From positions 8,464,483-8,528,482 of the forward strand of contig SMSO01000032.1 in assembly GCA_004764695.1 (NCBI GenBank): 64,000 nucleotides of DNA. The letters are read 5' to 3'. Positions 50,601-61,200 of this stretch are shown in pieces; positions within the stretch are counted from its first letter, which is position 1; each line of letters starts with the position of its first letter. The notes beneath the pieces were generated by a model. That model was not told the origin of the DNA, did no database searches, and saw only the letters and a program-made list of their open reading frames with translations. This stretch comes from Schizochytrium sp. TIO01 (Eukaryota; Protista; Bigyra: Labyrinthulomycetes). The position numbers and the translations under genes were made by a program.

Positions 50601-51296
50601 CAACGGTTTGTCCATTTTTTCCAACATGTCTTTCAAGACTTCAGAAAGATTTTGACCCTCAAACGATTGCCAATGTGTCTCATCATTGAAGATAAGGCGA
50701 AAAACCACACGCTGTAAACATCTCTTTGTTTCTTCGGAAATATTTGTATCAGTGACCTTTCTGTTTTGTTGAATGTTTTCCAGTGGATTGCTTAGAATGC
50801 TCCCCAAAATTCTAGTTGCCTTTGTTCGAGCTACAAATTGACTAGAATTTTGAACGAGAACTTCATCTCTCAAATCAACCAGGAATTCGGTGATCTTTTG
50901 AATGTCGTCTCCACTATATGGACGATTATCGTATGTAATTTGCTTCCGGGCGTGAAAATTCTGTTGTTCTCCTTGTTGTGGCCCTTCTGGTCCTTGTGGA
51001 GGAGAAGAAGATATTGTGTTGACGTCAACCTCTCTCTGCGAAGCACCAATTCCCCCAAAGTTACTATCTGTAGAAGCTTGAGAGCTTTGACCTCTGGAGG
51101 TAGTAGAACTTAATGGAGATTCACGAAGCAGCGGGCTATCTGTCATAGTGTGAATATTTTGTGAATCTTCACTGTCTTCTTGTGGATGATTTCCTAAATC
51201 ATCATCTCGATGAGGTAACGATGGGTAATTTATATAAGGAACCTCCGACTCAAACTCCTCCTCGGTACATTCGATTAGATCATCTAATTCACTCAT
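44673..51296 (-). CDS. Gene D: captured N-terminal region (paralog of the gene E N-terminus) - LRR x5 - linker - helical region - non-RD kinase - RING1/RING2, 1653 aa predicted
   Basis: Exons: 49657..51296, 49401..49484, 49029..49112, 48758..48841, 48349..48432, 47858..47941, 47493..47702, 44673..47364. All introns are phase 2 and the 4962-nt frame is open. The 547-aa ORF ends in CTGACAGAATTGAG|GTAAGT, which is the 3' end and donor of an LRR exon. Confidence 0.78.
47858..49484 (-). repeat. LRR exon array of gene D (5 x 84 nt, plus a terminal LRR-exon fragment at 49657-49670)
   Basis: Exons 48349..48432 and 48758..48841 are identical to each other, and the introns resemble gene A introns. Confidence 0.93.
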
Positions 51297-53058
51297 CGTT
51301 CTTGTCTAAATGCACCACTTTGCAGAATGCAAAATGTCAAAATCAGCCAACGAAGCCTATTCAAGTGTGAAAATGAGCTTGTCACTTTCAACCAGAAGCT
51401 AAAACGGAGCTGTTCTTCACACTTCTTCGAGCGTACGCTCCCGTGGGCGGCGCCACTTCTGGAACTGCTGATTCGCGATGATACAAGTCGTACAGCCACG
51501 CCTCAGCTGTCTGAAAAGGTTTTGCAAGCTGTAGCAAACTGAGCCAGCGGCGAAGATATCTGTTTATATTTGGTTGGCAATAACGATACGTGGCAGAAAG
51601 TAGATATTAATAAGATAAATCCGTTAGAGGATATTCTGCATAGTCCAGATCACCTCTCCTACTTCTTCGCATTGTGCGGACTGCCACCCAGCCTATGAAT
51701 AGATGTTTCCAGTTTCATCCTCAATCTCTAGATCTTCATACTCATCAATAGGCATGCCAATATTCTCCTCCGTCATCATGATTTCCTCAGGATTAACTTC
51801 TGCAAGCCATCAACCGGAGACCCAGATTGAATAAACTCAGCCCAACGCTCTTGTAATATCGATCCACCTTTAAGATATACCCCTTTTTCTCGGTACGGCG
51901 TGTACCAAACCGGGGAGACTACGCAAAGTTTTTCAAGTTAGCGGATTTGGCTGGCCTGCCTACACTCTCTGTCAGAGGCTACTACTACCAGTCCTTTCAC
52001 CTGGCCAAAGACTCAAGTCGAAGCGTGTTACTTGAGTCTGCCATGCTGTCTTGCGATTCAAACGGAAAAGCTTGCTGTTAGAACGATATAGATTGGAGTT
52101 GGAACGTTCCGGGGCATTGTTCTGTTTGTTCTGTATCACCCGCCCTTCCCTCATGGGCAAATACGGAATTGCGTCACTATTCCTATAGGGATTTCATTCA
52201 TTTCATCCTTTAGTCTCAGGCTAGTTTCGTTCAAGTTATATGTCAAAGAACTCATTGGATAAATTTGGTTCAATTAAAAATTTCATGGGCAACTATCGCA
52301 GCTTGGTAGGTAGAGAGATGAAGGAACATAATAGTTAGGATTAGCATTCTGAAACTGCTGACAAAGACTGTTGATTTAGTCCAGGCTTTGGCTTTATGCA
52401 CGTCATACTGAAGGTGTTCTTGTAGATACACAGCTTCGTACATACTTAGCTGCGATACGTTAACAGTTTCATTTATAGAACTTCTAGATCAACTTGAGAG
52501 TTAGTCATTTGGATGATGGATACTCAATCATTCCAAATGCTATCTCATCTTCCTCACTCTTTGTGCGAGCATTGCTACTGACGCTGGTTAGGCTACTCGA
52601 ACCAAAAACCTTAAATGTTGTTAAAATTGTGTTGTATTCATATCAGCTGAAACGCAGAAATTATGTGGATAATATGCCAATCATTGTATAATCAGTTGGT
52701 TCAAAAATTTGCAGATAATTTCATTGATTTGGGGAAACATATTATATGTGGACCTCTTGGGATACTGTTAGTTGTCGAGTGTCTCAGATCTTGAAGCCTT
52801 CCTGATGTTCGCACTTCGACAATCACTTCGATCTACTTGGTTTCTTGAACTGAGGGAAAAGACCACTCAGCGTTAACCATAGAAAACATCGCTGCTCATA
52901 GTCCCTTCACCCATATTTCATACCTCGCATTGTTTCGGTTGTTAATGCGCGGCAGCGCGTCGTCTTGGAAGGGTTTGCAAAACTGCTAGTGGCCATCTGG
53001 TATTATCTACTGCATGGTTTTACATATCTAGCTAGGAGTAGAGGTACAACTTTGCCAT

Positions 53059-53111
53059 GTTCTCCGCTCCCCACTAATAGTTCTCCGCACCCCACTAATA
53101 GTTCTCTGCCC
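53059..53111. repeat. 21-bp tandem repeat (about 2.5 copies) in the intergenic region between divergent genes D and E
   Basis: GTTCTCCGCTCCCCACTAATA / GTTCTCCGCACCCCACTAATA / GTTCTCTGCCC. Confidence 0.8.
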
Positions 53112-53726
53112 TGCGAATGGTTCGCCGCTCCTGCGAGTTCCTTTTCCAGCTTATGTCAGCATTGAAAAAGAGCTAGTTTTCTTTCTTCTCTTATGGTGAG
53201 ATGCCCAACCTCAACACTGAGAGGTGTATTGTGTACACTTGGGGTAAAAACTCAAGCACATTTATGCTCCTAAGTTTGTGCAGATTTTGCACATTAGAGG
53301 TAGGTTAAGAGATTTCCTTAACCAAAGCTTACCTAGTTATGTGTAGTATGGTAGTCATAAAAGAACGGATTTATAGGAAGAACCTGTATCGTATTTCTAT
53401 TTCCTCTCAAATGATAGAGCCTTGAAAAGATAATCGTAATACCTCTACTACGTAGGCGAATTTGTCTAAACTGTCAAGCACAAAGCTTTATTTCTGCAGA
53501 AGTGGAAACGGGAGCTAGTTTGCTTTGAATGAAAGCGTGCTGAGAGGTTTTTCAGCAGAACCTCTGTTCAGTTTTCGTGGCTCCAAGAACAGAGGGAAGG
53601 GACCTGCACTTTCTACTCGTCAATCTTCGTTCACAGCTGCCTGCGTAGAAGTGAGGTTGAGAGGACATCTTTTCAACGATTACTTACGCCTTGAAGACTC
53701 GTCTCAGTCCTGCGCATATTTGTCCA

Positions 53727-56700
53727 ATGGGCGACAACAACACCCAGCAGAATGAGAACTCTTCTTATGGAGACGAGCTCAATTTTTCTGAAGAGATAAT
53801 TAATGATGTTTTTCCTGATCCTAAGGTGCGTAACAAGCTCGGTTTGGCGAAGGCTGACCAAGAGACCAATCATAAGAACGACCAAGGCCCATCAGCAACC
53901 CAGCAGCAAAATCCACCGGCCCAACATGCACCTAAGTCTAGCAACACTATGGTAGATGATGATTCCCAGACTTTCGCCTCAGTCAGTAGCGGTGGTGATC
54001 AACAAATTGCGGACAATAGGCAACCGAGTGAAAATGAGCGCAGCGGTTTTAAGACAAACGATATTCCGAATCGTTCATGTGAACTACAGGGCGATGCACT
54101 TTCTTTATCACCCGAACCAGACTTGAGTAATCAAGTGAACTTGACGTCATGTTCGCTAAACTCATGGCAACCAGGCCGTTTTACGCACATTTTCCCCATT
54201 TTAGTAGTGAATCAGATGTACTTTTTAAACTCACAGTCAAACAATGGGAGAAATTCCGCAGCCTCACTACTTGGTCATCACATGTATGTTCCACTGAAAA
54301 CTATCAATGGTGAAGAAATGTTACCTGTTGACACAAGGGAAGGGAAAAATCAGTTAAAACAATACGTCCGTCGAATTGTATTTCCATTCGATGATTCATA
54401 TCCAAAATGGACGGATCTTTCCTTTAAGGCCTTTGTGAAGATTTTGAAGTCTTGCAAGAAGGTTAACTTGCTTCAAAAATCTATCGTGGAGTGTCTTATG
54501 GAGCTGTTGGAGGAAGCAGATGAAGAAACGCAACAATCAAAGCTAAAGTCATGGCTTAAATATGGTGGCACAAAGATTGACAGCTGTCAAGACCTGAAAC
54601 GTGGAGAAGTTTACATTTACGAGAGCCTTGCAAAAATTATTGAGCATGCGCAACAGGTCACAGAGAGGGAAGAGATGGAAAAGGTTCGAAAGGTATTGAA
54701 AGAGAACAAATGCGAACTCAATAATAAAGAAGCTATAGCGCAATGTCTCAGTTATAGCCTAGTGAGTCGATCCAGTACACTCGGGTTCTTAAAGCTTGCA
54801 AACATACTTGTTCATTTTTCCGGGGAGCAACACAAAAAATTCAACCAATGGTGTGCGGCGTTGCTATTTCCAGATAAGATGGACCAGGATGAAAAAAAAA
54901 GTCTCAGAAAAGAACTTTTACGAATCAAGTCGCTGGACTCTTCACAGAATCCAGGTAATGGAAAGGGCCCCGGCAATGAAAGTAGAACTTCCAAGGGAAA
55001 GCGTCAACACAACGAATCTACGGATAACCCGCAAACAGAAAAGAAACCTTGTCACAGATCTCATCTTATTTTGAGCCAGTTCATACTGCAACTCCTTCAT
55101 GGTGCGGGTCTCATGTTTCGGAACACGCTTGAATTTGCCTACTCCCGATGTTTTCAGATTTTGCAATCCTCATTTGTATCTTTCAAAGAGAGATATTCAA
55201 GAAGCTTGCCTCTAAATGAGCAGCCATTTGATGTTTTAGATCAGAAATCTGATCAAGATTCTCCTGAAGACGCCTGTGGAGTAAGCATCCATTTTCTTAC
55301 CCTATACTACCGCTACGTGCATCAAAAGGCAGAAAGGGATTCAGGTGAAGATCTGGATCTTAATTCATTGAATATGTACAAGATTGTCAATCACATTCTC
55401 CCACAAAATAGCGTGGTGACTACAGGCGGGCAGGGTAGTAAATCTGTACGAGATGATTGGTCAATATGCTATCATACAATGAGTTCAGAGAGTGAGAGTT
55501 ATAACTGTGCTCAGAGCCTAGTATCCTTGCTCCGTTCTGGATCTGAAAAAGGCGAACAGCTCAAATGTGAACTTCTTGCTCTAGCTACTACTGCGTCCGA
55601 AAAAGACTTTCAAAGTTGGTTTAGAACTCCTTCGCGATATGTATGTTATGCTTGGAAATTACCATTTGTCCAGTTTGTGGATGCTATTCGGTCGACCTTC
55701 TTGCGGTCTAATTCATTTGCTGATGATGAGTATCTTTGGATCGACGCATTCGCACTGCCTCAAGCAAATGTCAAGAACTTACATATCAAGAATGATCCAT
55801 TAGACAACACGCCTAAAAGAGTATGGAGTCAGCAATTGAAGAGAAACATTAACCGTGCTACGAAAGGATTGTTGATCATTGCAAATGAATGGAACGCACC
55901 TAATGTTTTAAGCCGCTCGTGGTGCTGGCTTGAAATATCCTTCGCACTGAGCCTGAACAAGGCATTGCAGCTTGCACTGACTAACAAAGAGTTCAAGAAG
56001 CTTGAGGAAGTAAGTGAGGAATACCTTTCTCAGACGTATTCTGAGGACAACATGTTGGCGAAGGTTGACGAAACAATTAAGAAAATGTCATTTGAAGAAA
56101 GTGAGTGCAGTGAACCAGAAGATCAAGCACTTATTCAGGAACTTTTCCTGAGCAGTGAAAATAGTTCACACGTGCAGGGTCAAATTAGGAGCTCTTTTGT
56201 TGAGTTGTTGCTCAAACCTGCTGAGAAACGCATTCAAAATCACAAAGGAGGTATTAATCCAACAGAATTCATCAACAAGGTCAGACCTTACCTGACAATC
56301 GAAAACCTTGCTGATGCGACGTTGAAAACAGCCGCATGCTTCACAATCAGTGGTTCAAGTGAGGGGATAGCTCTCATTGATGGGGTTGTTGCTGAACTTC
56401 GAGAGCAAATTACGAACTTGCCAACTTTAAATAAGCGCCGACAAAATCTTGAGATCAAGTTAGCAAGGCTTTTGAGTAGTCAGGGGCGAATGTATGGTGA
56501 TCAATTCTGTAACGAAACTGTTCCAAATGCACTTCGGTGTCATGAGGAAGCGTACAATATCATGAAACGCAACGATTGTAGAGCGTTGTATCTGGTAGAG
56601 TACTTCTGGGCTAGAGTGCTTGTCAATCATCACTATAATTTATTCAACAAAAATAATCATAGCCCACGAGACAAAGTGTCAGACCTAAAAAAAGCGGAAG

Positions 56701-57542
56701 AACTTCTGGACAGTTCCTCCAAGTATTTGCAGAACAATGAGCCTTCCAATGGCACTTTAGGAGCGATACATGTGCACCAAGCGAAAATCATGGATATTAA
56801 ATCTGCGCCTCATTCTGAGGTTCTAGAGAAATTTGAACGAGCGCTTGATATACAAACTGCCATCTATGGTCCTAGAGACATGCGTTGTGCTATGACAGTT
56901 AGGTGTTTGGGAATGAGCCATGCATATCGTGGTAGTTTCTCACGTGCTCTTGGGTACTGGTGCCATACATTTGATCGGCTGCGTGAAGGATCAGAGGCTC
57001 GTTCATTTTCAGCAGAGCAGCTACTCTGGCTGCTTGAGTTTATCATGAACGGCTTCAAAAAATGGAGAGAAAGCAATGAATTAAAGCTAATATATGGAGA
57101 GCAAGAGTTGGACTTTATTCGCACTCGAGGAGAGCCAACACTGCGCCACATTTTGCAAGTATCAGACAGGAAGGTTCTTGATGCACATAAAGATTTGGTC
57201 ACTAGGCTATTACGGTGGGTGCAGAGAAAATTGCGGAGGACAGTGGTTTGTGTGACGGATATCACTATAGCACATCAAATTAAGGAGGATTTATCCAACG
57301 AACATTGCTCTGATGTTGATATTGCCTTGAAAGACGCAGATGTGAAGAGCATTCTCCAAAAGAAAATCGTTGCTGTTGTAATTTATGACAAGGATTTCTG
57401 GAAGCAGAGTGATATCAAGAGGCTCTGGGGGGAGACATTTCAAAACGAAAAACCCCATTTTATACACTGGCGTGATTATGAACTCTTGAATGATGAGACC
57501 CTAATCTCGGAACTGGCTACTGCAGTCCAAAATGCTCATTGA
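53727..57542 (+). CDS. Gene E: uncharacterised N-terminal region - HET-like (TIR-related) domain - TPR-like helical repeats, about 1271 aa, single exon
   Basis: Long uninterrupted ORF whose first ATG is at 53727. Motifs GVSIHFL, YVCYAW, YLWIDAFALPQ, PNVLSRSWCWLE and SECSEPEDQALI match the HET-like pattern SYxW/WIDxxxxxQ/RxWxxxE. The C-terminal FERALDIQTAIYGPRDMRCAMTVRCLGMSHAYRGSFSRAL resembles kinesin-light-chain-type TPRs. Confidence 0.75.
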   Translation: MGDNNTQQNENSSYGDELNFSEEIINDVFPDPKVRNKLGLAKADQETNHKNDQGPSATQQQNPPAQHAPKSSNTMVDDDSQTFASVSSGGDQQIADNRQPSENERSGFKTNDIPNRSCELQGDALSLSPEPDLSNQVNLTSCSLNSWQPGRFTHIFPILVVNQMYFLNSQSNNGRNSAASLLGHHMYVPLKTINGEEMLPVDTREGKNQLKQYVRRIVFPFDDSYPKWTDLSFKAFVKILKSCKKVNLLQKSIVECLMELLEEADEETQQSKLKSWLKYGGTKIDSCQDLKRGEVYIYESLAKIIEHAQQVTEREEMEKVRKVLKENKCELNNKEAIAQCLSYSLVSRSSTLGFLKLANILVHFSGEQHKKFNQWCAALLFPDKMDQDEKKSLRKELLRIKSLDSSQNPGNGKGPGNESRTSKGKRQHNESTDNPQTEKKPCHRSHLILSQFILQLLHGAGLMFRNTLEFAYSRCFQILQSSFVSFKERYSRSLPLNEQPFDVLDQKSDQDSPEDACGVSIHFLTLYYRYVHQKAERDSGEDLDLNSLNMYKIVNHILPQNSVVTTGGQGSKSVRDDWSICYHTMSSESESYNCAQSLVSLLRSGSEKGEQLKCELLALATTASEKDFQSWFRTPSRYVCYAWKLPFVQFVDAIRSTFLRSNSFADDEYLWIDAFALPQANVKNLHIKNDPLDNTPKRVWSQQLKRNINRATKGLLIIANEWNAPNVLSRSWCWLEISFALSLNKALQLALTNKEFKKLEEVSEEYLSQTYSEDNMLAKVDETIKKMSFEESECSEPEDQALIQELFLSSENSSHVQGQIRSSFVELLLKPAEKRIQNHKGGINPTEFINKVRPYLTIENLADATLKTAACFTISGSSEGIALIDGVVAELREQITNLPTLNKRRQNLEIKLARLLSSQGRMYGDQFCNETVPNALRCHEEAYNIMKRNDCRALYLVEYFWARVLVNHHYNLFNKNNHSPRDKVSDLKKAEELLDSSSKYLQNNEPSNGTLGAIHVHQAKIMDIKSAPHSEVLEKFERALDIQTAIYGPRDMRCAMTVRCLGMSHAYRGSFSRALGYWCHTFDRLREGSEARSFSAEQLLWLLEFIMNGFKKWRESNELKLIYGEQELDFIRTRGEPTLRHILQVSDRKVLDAHKDLVTRLLRWVQRKLRRTVVCVTDITIAHQIKEDLSNEHCSDVDIALKDADVKSILQKKIVAVVIYDKDFWKQSDIKRLWGETFQNEKPHFIHWRDYELLNDETLISELATAVQNAH

Positions 57543-57890
57543 TCAGCCAACGCATAACTGCTATCATCATGATTCTGCACTTTGAAGAGATCTTTTTGAA
57601 ACTCTCTAGAGTAAGCCAATATTATGCCAACTTTCTTTTTCTGTCTTTCTTTACAACGTTTTAATTCCAGGCGTCTTCTCAAAACTATTCAATGTAATCT
57701 AGCTGACTGTTCACCCTAAACCGCTGATGTTCTCTCCTTGATATAATTCAAAAGAAGCTTAGAAAGGTACTATACTTTACCAAGTAAATTTTCACGCGAA
57801 GGTTATGCGTAAGCTTTGCTTGCGACCTGGTGATTGATTCTTTCTTCTTCTGTAATAGAAATGTGAACTTGAGAGGGAGAGAGAGAGAGA

Positions 57891-58295
57891 TGCTAAAAGA
57901 TGATTCTAGTCAGCCTGAGGTTGACTGTAAAGATGAAGGTAAGAGTCTTGATGAAGATTTTAAAAAGGTTGATTTTAAGAGTTTGCTGTCCTGGACATGA
58001 GTCCCAGGGCAGATTGATTCATGTAGTAATTATGGAGGCTTAGACATTCTTGAACGCTATTAGAGGTGCATGATGGGATTAGGTTAATTCAACCTCTTCA
58101 ACCATTGATTCAGGTTAAGCCATACTTGGAGCTAGCTAATGTGTAGTCACACTTTTGGTTATTGACTCTAGCAGCTGCATGAGCCTAGCTGCCTACTTCT
58201 TCTCTGCTGTCCTACGTCTGCGAGGGTTTTGCAAAGGGATGCCAAGAACTCTAGGAATGTCTGTCCAGTAGTTCCTTCGATTGGAGATCTCGGCA
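57891..58295. mobile_element. Probable solo LTR, copy 2 (about 405 bp) with a 5-bp TSD AGAGA
   Basis: TG...CA termini, AGAGA immediately on both sides (57886-57890 and 58296-58300), and homology to 5542-5957. The left flank is a GA run, which weakens the TSD evidence. Confidence 0.65.
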
Positions 58296-61200
58296 AGAGA
58301 GGGTAAGACCAAATCGATTTAGCGACCAATTAAACAATTGCTGATATTTAATTCGAATTATCTGCTCAAAATCTATATTCGAAAAAAAATAAAAATAATA
58401 TTGCCATTTGAATTGTGACCCATTTACCCATCAGCAAATATTCTAAACCTCTCCTCCCAAAACTAGATAATAAAGAAATAAACCAGCCAATAAACCAGCC
58501 GATAAACAAACAAATAAGATCACTATTTAAGTGTATCTACATGAAATATTTCAATATTGTCAAGCACTTTATTCATCTCAAGAAAAAGAAGAAGGCATCT
58601 CGAACCTTATTCATAGTTGCATTGGATATATCCAACACAATGCTGCTCGAATTGCTAGATAGCTCATTTACATGATCGCTCGATATTATGTAGGAAGCCA
58701 GAACAGGTGCAGGGGCTACACGAAGGCCTATCTTCTTGTGATAGTTATTGGTGATAATTTTACTTGTTCGCTAAATACGAAGGCATATTGATCGCTTGGA
58801 AGTCATCTATCTGGGCTGTGAAATAGGAATTTCATAAAATGAATAATATTCCTTCGATTGAAACCTCTATCACCTCTCGAGTATCTTGGTCCAAAATCCT
58901 TAGTCAAGCTTTTGCCGCGCACAGGTTCAGACACTTAAAGGGGGCAACATCTTCTCAAAAATACGCTAGCATAGATCCTTTTTAGACAAGAGCGATTGTC
59001 GAAACCCTATCAGAGGATTGAAAACACACATTCAGCCGGTTAATTTGATTTATATCAGGTAGGTACAAAATCCTTCGATACCTCCACGTGTTTGCTTTAA
59101 AGTATTGGTATAATTGTAGAGGTAGATGTAGACAATAAGAAATCTACAGAGACAATATTTTACAAACTCACTAGTCCGGAGAGTGCCACTGTCTTATTTG
59201 CTAGGAAATCTTATCACCATATGTACACTTATGATTTTTTCTTACAAGTTTTTACAGTTTTTGATAGCTTGACAGCATTGTTTTCGCGAATATGTATGTA
59301 GCTTTATGTCCTCTAATGTATCAATTATGAGTGAACCATATTCAAATATGTCTATAAGAGAGAGAGAAAAATTCCTACGATTTTTTCAGTTCGCGTATAT
59401 TTCCCAATTATCCTCTTGTTTAGTGCCGCTTGCTCGTCAGATTCCCATGAGATGCACTCACAGGAAATTTTACATAGAATCACCAACCGTACCATTGAAT
59501 CGACTTGTATGCTTCATGAACAGACTTTTAAACTAGCAAGCTAGCAGGTCAAAATGCATGGCGCACGTCAAGACGAGAATAGCAATGAAAGTGTTTTAAT
59601 TTTTTGTTGTGTGTAAACGCGATCAATGATCACAATTAACATCTGATGATAGGTTTAAATTTTCCAAATCTCAATTTAGCTCACTAGGTGACTGGTATAG
59701 AGGTGGATTGGATTGACACATGACTATAGGCGTGTGCCCATGAAGTTCCCACTCATACAATGTCCAATATTCAGAATGAGAATTGTACAACATGCAGGAA
59801 AACAGAATCTGCAGTGAAATGGGAACAAACATTTCACTATGTGTAAGGTCACTTGTCCTTCTTGCAATTCAGTGAAAAGTGTAGCACTGTTCTTGTCTGG
59901 ACTACATATGCGCGAGCTTTCAATTTGGCACCATTCGCCAAGCTTATTTAGAGGGAGTCTACATCTTTTCTTCTTCTACTAGCACACTTTAAAATCGCGT
60001 CCGTGTCCGATCTTTGTGGCAGATTCGTCACTTCTAAGAGAAAGCAGAACTTTAAGTTTAAAGTGGAATTATGTAGAAGAGTTGAAAAAGTGTCCGTCTG
60101 TAAAGGACTCACTTCAACTAGAGAATGCAATCAGGTTAAAAAATAGAACCTAACTAGGTCGCGCCGAAAAGATCTAATTGGTTATGAACGTTATAATCAA
60201 TAGTTCCAACAGCGATGCCTCTTCATGTTCTTCCGCAGACTACTAAACTTAGGCACCCTGGTATCATCGAAAACAATATTGATGAATAAAGAAGATTAAT
60301 TTATTATTTAAAAAACACTTTATATTCTATATATAACAAAGGCAGTCTCAGTACCTCTACTAGAGATATACCTAGCTAGGGGTAATTATTTTTCAAATAT
60401 AGAATGAACAACAAAGTGGTGGATGTATGGGTACTACCTAAACATGCTTACCTCTGTTGTATCGGTGTGGTGAGTTTGCAGGAGAAATAACACCATTCTT
60501 GATATCACACTATAGTGCTTGTTACGCAACAGTGCAGAACCATATCGCAGACTCTTTCGAATTCAAATTAGCCCTCAACCGAATGTAGCAAGTATCCATC
60601 GCAACGAAAAAGAAATTGCATGGCCCATCCTTCGGCGATAGAATATTGGCAGAGCAGAGAGCAGTGAATGACTGCTCAAATCTGCATCACTGCATCATGT
60701 TATTTTAAAAACAGAGCAGCAGTGAGACAGAACAATATCGGGCGATCCAAAATGCACTGTTAATTTGGGTAACAGAGTCTGGGCGATGTCAACGGAACGC
60801 CTGAAATGAAGGGAAAACAAAGCGACCGAGCTTTTAGAAGAAAAGACTAGTAGATATTTTGCAATCATTCCGGCAATATGTTAAAAGCGCCGGGTTAGGT
60901 TGCGAGTAAGAATCAGGTAGATTAAGTATTAATAAAGACAACAATACGGATACTGCTTTTTAGGCTCGGGGATGTGTCTTCTCTCGCCAGGCGGAGTCTT
61001 TCCCTGATAGTTCCTTTACGTTTGAGTCAAAATCAAAGAAAAACTAAGCTGTCATGCTTGCATTCTGCCGCCAAGATGCGTGGATTTTCCAACCGTACTG
61101 CACGGCCTTCTTATCGTAAACAACAAGAAATGTGTGGTGCTGAGTGTTTTTACTTTAGATACTAACAAGAGCCACGCAAATGAGTAGGTAGTTTGCTGAA

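Noticed and set aside
5542-58295. One giant LTR element bounded by the two LTR-like copies
   Set aside because: The copies are diverged, copy 2 has its own TSD, and the interior contains host genes with no gag or pol.
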